Shown here piece after piece: positions 59,601 through 64,000 of a stretch of 64,000 bases of DNA (positions within the stretch are counted from its first letter, which is position 1; every line of letters begins with the position of its first letter). Made by a program: the position numbers and the translations under genes. Source of the DNA: Candidatus Binatia bacterium (GTDB taxonomy: Bacteria > Desulfobacterota > Binatia > UBA9968 > JAJDTQ01); assembly GCA_963666515.2 (NCBI GenBank), contig OY762897.2:1-64000 (forward strand), given 5' to 3'. The notes under the pieces are model-generated. The model did no database searches, was not told the origin of the DNA, and saw only the letters and a list, made by a program, of their open reading frames with translations.

Positions 59601-59855
59601 TTCGTCAAGCGCGACGAAGATGTCATGAAACGTCTGTATGAGTGGTTGAAGGATTCAGATGAGCCTGAACTGCCACTGACGTTGGGACAATGGAGTGCGA
59701 GTCTCCGGTTCGTGGAAACTCACCGGCAGCGCCTGAAGGCGATCTTGGCCGTCGTGGACCACGGTGACGCGTGGACCGTGCAAGATGAAAACGATCTGAC
59801 CACTGCCTCCTTGCGGTACGCGGAAGGGCGCTACCCGGAGGAGGACGTTGTTTAA
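56616..59855 (+). CDS. Sacsin-type GHKL ATPase with C-terminal HNH-like Zn domain and short acidic tail
   Basis: YELLQNAEDA, HDG and GKFGIGFKAVF motifs; CQIC..YFEAVE..LCPLC; tail VDHGDAWTVQDENDLTTASLRYAEGRYPEEDVV. Confidence 0.8.
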   Translation: MNLEELRQRRLKWVEANRENDFEDGIRALLTDLYPDNAHFIYELLQNAEDAQATAVRFVLKQDGVEFEHDGKLFSIQDVKDITSIGNSAKKDDPTSIGKFGIGFKAVFAYTTTPEIASGQFHFRLRDLVVPETEGLAPHPPDGEKTLFVFPFNNPAKSPEKARDEIERNLRQLDEYALLFLKSIKKIEYQLPDSSQGSLRRKEPKGDRIEIFIEHPEEAGSSSRSFLRFDGSVEVDDEDGEPKVCRIAVAFGLERSQDPEAKRSGGKRKPRVGRWKIAPLEPGKVCIYFPAEKETSNLRFALHAPFASTVARDSVRDCAANDALRDHLTDLIAESMTNLRDQDLLTVSFLATLPNDKDNLPPFYKPILEKLVEVFQSQKLTPMKDGSHEVANGVFRGSRQLSDLIGDEDLATILGQDDYCPPMWIANPPQQHQREDNFLSLLSGISEWTREDLVQRLSTRPEQVAKWLTNKSAHWHRKLYAFLGDFLTSAPNRREEADRKRKLEQLPVVLCSDGAHRVGQECYFPGDEDEGDDGFPRVARHTYSSGDNPQEQRKAREFLDVVGVGEVDEAERVKAILKERYSEGSIEPRQQDMERFIRLVEGYERCADMFREHCIFQLETGDWGKPSTVFLDSPYRDTGLTAYYEILGEAQGRRRALSTKYDAFGIEPTRLGEFAEAVGAQTELRPSKQRIPPSHPERRRLSDGGGWSEKYGIDKDYDIPEFDVLLGQPSLDRSRLIWQTMTELPGACLKAEYRSNSWHASKVAESTLVHKLRRREWVPQTQDGGESIRFVTPAEAVSDGLLKGFAFDPGVEWLEAIEFGKSRRDREKGERQRKEQSAQDFQRQSEASEVLGFRSVEDALELAQMLRQDPGIVERLKKDKQKPPFPERVARNAGRARARLIEDVASRPEKEYGTRPRSVRVTRNEIDPDTWLRNQYTNEDGQMVCQICKDAMPFMKRDGEHYFEAVEALSRDYFPKEHEEQFLALCPLCAAMYKEFVKRDEDVMKRLYEWLKDSDEPELPLTLGQWSASLRFVETHRQRLKAILAVVDHGDAWTVQDENDLTTASLRYAEGRYPEEDVV

Positions 59856-60189
59856 GCCGAGCGATGTGGTAGTGCTCGACTTCCCTGGGGTGAGGGGTGT
59901 CAAACGCCGACCGGCAGTGGTCGTCTCCTCATCTGTTTACCATGCCTCCCGACCTGACGTGGTGGTCGGCCTGATAACGAGTCGCACCACCAGACTTGGC
60001 GCCATGGACTATGTCCTGCAGGATTGGGCACAGGCCGGCTTGAGGCTCCCTTCCGTTTTTAGGTGTTTTTTCGCCACGTTGCCCGGCACCCGGGCTAGCG
60101 TTGTCGGCGAACTGTCGGGCCGCGATTGGCGGGGCGTACGCGGGCGCGTAAGAGTCGCTCTGGCGCCATTGGCCACTCGGAAGCATTAG
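59848..60189 (+). CDS. PemK/MazF-family toxin
   Basis: DVVVLDFP, KRRPAVVVS, GLITS and DWAQAGL motifs; SD GGAGGAGG then TTG; 8-nt overlap with the upstream gene. Confidence 0.85.
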   Translation: MFKPSDVVVLDFPGVRGVKRRPAVVVSSSVYHASRPDVVVGLITSRTTRLGAMDYVLQDWAQAGLRLPSVFRCFFATLPGTRASVVGELSGRDWRGVRGRVRVALAPLATRKH

Positions 60190-60267
60190 GGATGTCGCGT
60201 CCGTCAGGACATCGTACGCGGATGTGAGGACGGTGCGTAGTGGGGAAACTGCTGTTGCGGCGGGGAG

Positions 60268-61284
60268 TTACGCGAGCCGCGGCGCCACCTTCTCGGTGAG
60301 CAGACGGATGGAGTTGAGGACCTGTTCGTGGGGGATCTGGCCGCCGTGGTTCATGTCCAGGATCAGGCCGGTGAGTCCCGTGCGCTCGCGGAATTCCTCC
60401 AGGCGGTCGACCACCGACTCGGGCGAGCCGAAGATGACGCGGGTGTTCAGGAACTCGTCGTAATCGTTCATGAACCTCTGGGCCTGGGCGACGCGGTCGG
60501 CGGCGTTCATGGCCGTGGCTTCGGCGATGACCCGGTGCAGGTCGTGGACCACGCTGGCTCTCGGGGTCTCGCGCGCCAGCTCTTCCGACTCGGCGACGAA
60601 GACGGGCACGCGCACATGGATCTCGGGCGGGTCGGCGTGGCCGGCGGCCTGCCATTCGTCGCGGTAGATCTGCAAGCGGTCCTCGTAGTAGTCGCCCATG
60701 AACCACAACACCACGTTGAAACCGCGCCGGGCGGTGGCGGCGAAGCCTTCGGGGGTGCGGACGGCCATGTAGATGGGGGGATGGGGCTTCTGCAGCGGCC
60801 GGGGTGAAATGCTGACGTCGTGGTACGAGTAGTAGTCGCCCTCGAAGGAGAACGTGTCCTGGGTGAAGGCGCGCATGACGATCTCGAACGACTCGGTGAA
60901 ACGCGCGGTGCTTTCCGAGTAGGGGATGTTGAAGCCGTCGTAGAACTTGGGGATGCTGCTGCGGCCGACGCCGAAGTCGAACCGTCCGTGGCTCATGTGG
61001 TCGATGGAGGCCACCTCTTCGGCGATGCGCAGGGGGTTGCCCAAGGGCAGCACCTGCACCGCGGTGCCGATGCGCACGCGCTGCGTGCGCGACGCGATTG
61101 CGCCGGCCACAGCCATGGACGCCGACAGCACCGAGGCCTGGGGCCGGAAGTGGTGCTCGACGATCCAGATGGAGTCCAGGCCCATGGATTCGGCGGCATC
61201 CACCTGCGCGAACAGCTCGTCGAAGGCGAGCGTCTGTGTCTGATCCTTCCGAACGTGACAGTCAACCAGCAAGCCGAACTTCAT
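60268..61284 (-). CDS. LLM-class flavin-dependent oxidoreductase
   Basis: WIVEHHF, NPLRIAEE, GRFDFGVGR and PRPLQKPHPPI motifs. Confidence 0.9.
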   Translation of the reverse strand: MKFGLLVDCHVRKDQTQTLAFDELFAQVDAAESMGLDSIWIVEHHFRPQASVLSASMAVAGAIASRTQRVRIGTAVQVLPLGNPLRIAEEVASIDHMSHGRFDFGVGRSSIPKFYDGFNIPYSESTARFTESFEIVMRAFTQDTFSFEGDYYSYHDVSISPRPLQKPHPPIYMAVRTPEGFAATARRGFNVVLWFMGDYYEDRLQIYRDEWQAAGHADPPEIHVRVPVFVAESEELARETPRASVVHDLHRVIAEATAMNAADRVAQAQRFMNDYDEFLNTRVIFGSPESVVDRLEEFRERTGLTGLILDMNHGGQIPHEQVLNSIRLLTEKVAPRLA

Positions 61285-61407
61285 TCGAATGATTCCTGTC
61301 GTGTTACCCGGAGCCCCCGGTCTCCGGGTAAGCGAATCCGCCCGAGCGCAGGGCAGTGACACTGCGCCCTGCCTCGTTCCGGAGCGCGGTTTTTCCGAAC
61401 TCCGCCC

Positions 61408-62484
61408 CTACGCTGCCTGCAGATCCTTGTAGTGGGCGTCCTTGGAGATGGGCGCCAGACCGCTGGCGATGACCGACCAACTGTCCCCGGCGTCGTCACT
61501 GCAATAGACGTCCCCGTTGGTGGTGGCGGCGAACACCGAGACGTCGTCCCCGGCCGCTTCCAGGCAGAGAGCCTCGACGCTCGCCTGCAGCATGTCCGGG
61601 AGCCCGTTGGTCAGGATCTCCCAGGTGCGCCCGCCGTCCGTGCTGCGCGAGATGCGCGCGTCGGCCGAATGGGTCTTTCGCCACTGTCCCGGGTTGTATT
61701 GAGCCGCGCTCAGGAACATCAGGTCGGGCCTTTGCGGATGGAGCACGCACCCGTCCGGATAGTTGCCGATGTCCGACGGCCGCGAGAGCCATTCCTCGAA
61801 GCTCTTGCCGCCGTCCAGGGACACGTACAACCCGCGCCCGGTGACGACGTACAACCGTTCGCTGTTCTCCGGGTGGATCACCAGCCGGTGCGCGTCCTCG
61901 TAGATGCCGTGGAGCTGCTCGAAGGACTCGCCGCGGTCCGTGCTCCTGAGCAGGCCGCCCACCTCCACGCTCACGTACACGGTGTCGGGATCGTGGGGAT
62001 CGAAGTTGATGTGCTTGGCGTGGGCGATGTGGGGCGGAACCGGGAAACTCCAGTCGGGCACGCTGGGCACCGACCGCAGTGCCGGCAGCTCGGTCCAGTG
62101 TCCGCCCATGTCATCGCTGCAGAACAGGTGCGCCGGCTCGGTGCCGGCGTACAGGCGGGTGCCGCCGTTGTTGCGGGAAGACGCGATGCTGTAGACGTCG
62201 TTGGAGGTGAGCCCGTTCTCCCGCGCCTCCCAGGTGGCGCCGTGGTCCGCGCTCACGTGCAGCCCGCCGTGGAACGCTCCGGCAAAGAACATCCCGCTTC
62301 CTGGTTCCTGGTGTATGGCGCTGATGTGCTTGTCCTCCAGCATGTGCCGGGCGAGGCGCCAGCCGCTGCCGCCGGACTCGCGCTCCAGCACGGCTATGCC
62401 CTTCCGGGTCCCCACCCAGACCTCGTCGGAGCGGGAAGGGGAAGAATAGATGGTGGTTCCACCGTGGGAAAGTGCGATGGTCAT
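61408..62484 (-). CDS. BNR/Asp-box beta-propeller protein
   Basis: Repeated SxDxGxTW boxes and AGTEPA motif. Confidence 0.82.
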   Translation of the reverse strand: MTIALSHGGTTIYSSPSRSDEVWVGTRKGIAVLERESGGSGWRLARHMLEDKHISAIHQEPGSGMFFAGAFHGGLHVSADHGATWEARENGLTSNDVYSIASSRNNGGTRLYAGTEPAHLFCSDDMGGHWTELPALRSVPSVPDWSFPVPPHIAHAKHINFDPHDPDTVYVSVEVGGLLRSTDRGESFEQLHGIYEDAHRLVIHPENSERLYVVTGRGLYVSLDGGKSFEEWLSRPSDIGNYPDGCVLHPQRPDLMFLSAAQYNPGQWRKTHSADARISRSTDGGRTWEILTNGLPDMLQASVEALCLEAAGDDVSVFAATTNGDVYCSDDAGDSWSVIASGLAPISKDAHYKDLQAA

Positions 62485-62666
62485 GGCCGTGCCTCCTCGC
62501 GAGTATCGGGCTCTGGTTCCGGGCTTGCCGAATCAACCGTACGACGGTGTTGAACCGGCCCAGCCCTTCTATGCAAGGCGGTACACCTTCGCTATGGTGG
62601 TGTCAAGTTCCGCCGGGCGAGGCCGCGTGGGACGTGGCCGGTCCCGGGGGTGGGAACCGGGGAGGC

Positions 62667-63593
62667 ATGATGAAAGTGACACGGTTAAGGGTCCTGTACG
62701 GGGTTCTCGGCGAGGGACGGGAAAGCGTCGCGCGCGACCCGACGGGCTATCTGGGCATCGAGCGGGGGATATACCGGCGCCGCGGGCTGGATCTGTCCTG
62801 GGACCACGTTCAAGGCACGGACGAGCGCAACCAGGCGCTGGCGTCGGGCGAGGCCGACCTGTCGCTCGTCATCGGACGGGCGTCGTTGCAGCATTTCCTC
62901 CGTACCGGCGCGACACGGCTCATCGGCTCTTGCATGAACAGCAGCCCCTACCTGCTCATGGCCGCCTCCGGGACGCGCGCGCTTGCAGACCTCCGAGGCA
63001 AGGCGCTGGCATGTCGCCGCATCATCGCCGATACCGCGCCGCTGGCCGGGACGCTGCTGGACCGCGCCGGCCTCGCGTTGGGCGCCGATGTGCGGCTCGA
63101 ATCGGTGGACACGGATCAGCACGCGCTGGACCGTCTGACGGCCGGTTCGGCGGGCGCGGCGCTGCTGCCCCGCCCGTTCGACTTCGTCGCCAGGGAGCGC
63201 GGTTTCCTGCCTGTCTCCGACTGGCCGGAGGTGGCGGCAGATCCGCTCCCCATCAGCCTCGAGACCATGGCCTCCACCCTGCGTGACAAGGGCAACGCCT
63301 TGAGGATGTTCCTGGTTTCCCACCGGGAGGCGATCCGTTATCTGCAGGGCCACCGGAGCGAGACCCTGGCCATGCTCCAGCGGGTGTTCGGGTATGCGCC
63401 CGATCTGGCGGCGGTGCTCTACGACGACTACCTGGGGCTGCTGGACCCGCATATGACCGTGGACCTGCCGCAAGTGGAGAGGCTGTTGCGCTTGACGGCC
63501 CCGGATGCCGGCGTCGAAGTGGCGGACCTGGCGTCCCGCTGGCTTGCGCCGGGAGCCGCCAGCCCGGCGCCGGCATCCGGCGTCTCGGAGTGA
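62667..63593 (+). CDS. NMT1/SsuA-like ABC-type substrate-binding protein
   Basis: ALASGEAD and LADLRGK motifs; SD GGAGG. Confidence 0.7.
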   Translation: MMKVTRLRVLYGVLGEGRESVARDPTGYLGIERGIYRRRGLDLSWDHVQGTDERNQALASGEADLSLVIGRASLQHFLRTGATRLIGSCMNSSPYLLMAASGTRALADLRGKALACRRIIADTAPLAGTLLDRAGLALGADVRLESVDTDQHALDRLTAGSAGAALLPRPFDFVARERGFLPVSDWPEVAADPLPISLETMASTLRDKGNALRMFLVSHREAIRYLQGHRSETLAMLQRVFGYAPDLAAVLYDDYLGLLDPHMTVDLPQVERLLRLTAPDAGVEVADLASRWLAPGAASPAPASGVSE

Positions 63594-63617
63594 CGCGCGC
63601 GCAGGGACCCCGATCCG

Positions 63618-64000
63618 GTGCCCGCGGAAGCCATAGCCCTGATGGCGGCCTTCGCCTACGCGTCGGTCTCGGTCTCCTCGCGGCTGGGGTTTCGTTATTC
63701 CACACCCCTCACTGCCACCTGCATGGCGATGGTAGTCCGGATGACGCTGCTCTGGTGCGCCGTGCTCGCCACCGGCGGCGTTCCCGCGGTGGCATCGCTT
63801 GCGGTGTTGATCTTCGTGCTCCTGGGCGTCATGCAGACGGGCACGAGCTACCTGACCTTCACCGGCGTCGCGCGCATCGGCGCTTCCCGCAGCCAGCCGT
63901 TGCGGACCACCTACCCGCTCTGGAGCGCGGTATGGTCCGTGGCGTTGCTGGGCGAGAGCCTGACTCCGGGTGTCATGGCCGGAACGGTGCTGGTGGTGGC
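63618..64000 (+). CDS. EamA/DMT transporter (3' partial)
   Basis: Translated by hand: MPAEAIALMAAFAYAS..GVARIGASRS..YPLWS..LLGESLT. Confidence 0.8.
   Translation, partial: MPAEAIALMAAFAYASVSVSSRLGFRYSTPLTATCMAMVVRMTLLWCAVLATGGVPAVASLAVLIFVLLGVMQTGTSYLTFTGVARIGASRSQPLRTTYPLWSAVWSVALLGESLTPGVMAGTVLVV

Noticed and set aside
53451-60267. att sites or integrase for the SNF2 island
   Set aside because: Only 6-7 bp chance matches at the flanks; no recombinase or tRNA seen.
1-64000. CRISPR arrays, rRNA, tRNA, riboswitches and sigma54 promoters
   Set aside because: No spaced repeat arrays, cas genes, recognisable structural RNAs or convincing -24/-12 sites found by eye; Infernal and tRNAscan would be needed to exclude them.

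Overview
GC-rich, catabolism- and uptake-dominated window with three lower-GC defence/mobile islands. Background genes: four TctC/Bug binding proteins with only one TctAB pair, other orphan binding proteins, three amidohydrolase_2 genes, three VOC proteins, a cupin, FAH, MaiA, MmgE/PrpD, LLM, a tandem GMC pair, and two paralogous 5xPAS histidine kinases next to a sigma54 activator. This style recalls Ca. Binatia/Tectomicrobia-like genomes (inference only). Island 1 (1-8.6 kb) is decayed: a frameshifted type III-like Mod methylase, a frameshifted SEFIR/TIR gene and two BrxD/DUF2791-like ATPase remnants cut by IS1380 and IS4. Island 2 (44.2-46.8 kb) holds a dead RelE-HTH pair, a trypsin-like protease and a DUF433-PIN pair, flanked by an imperfect duplication of a GMC gene 3' end. 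Island 3 (53.5-60.2 kb) is intact: an SNF2 helicase, a sacsin-type GHKL/HNH-like protein with an antitoxin-like C-terminal tail, and a coupled PemK/MazF toxin lacking a free antitoxin. The best candidates for undescribed systems are island 3 and an operon with three divergent heme-oxygenase-like diiron enzymes, a GGT-family hydrolase and two VOC proteins (19.1-24.8 kb). All calls come from motif recognition by eye; no searches were run.
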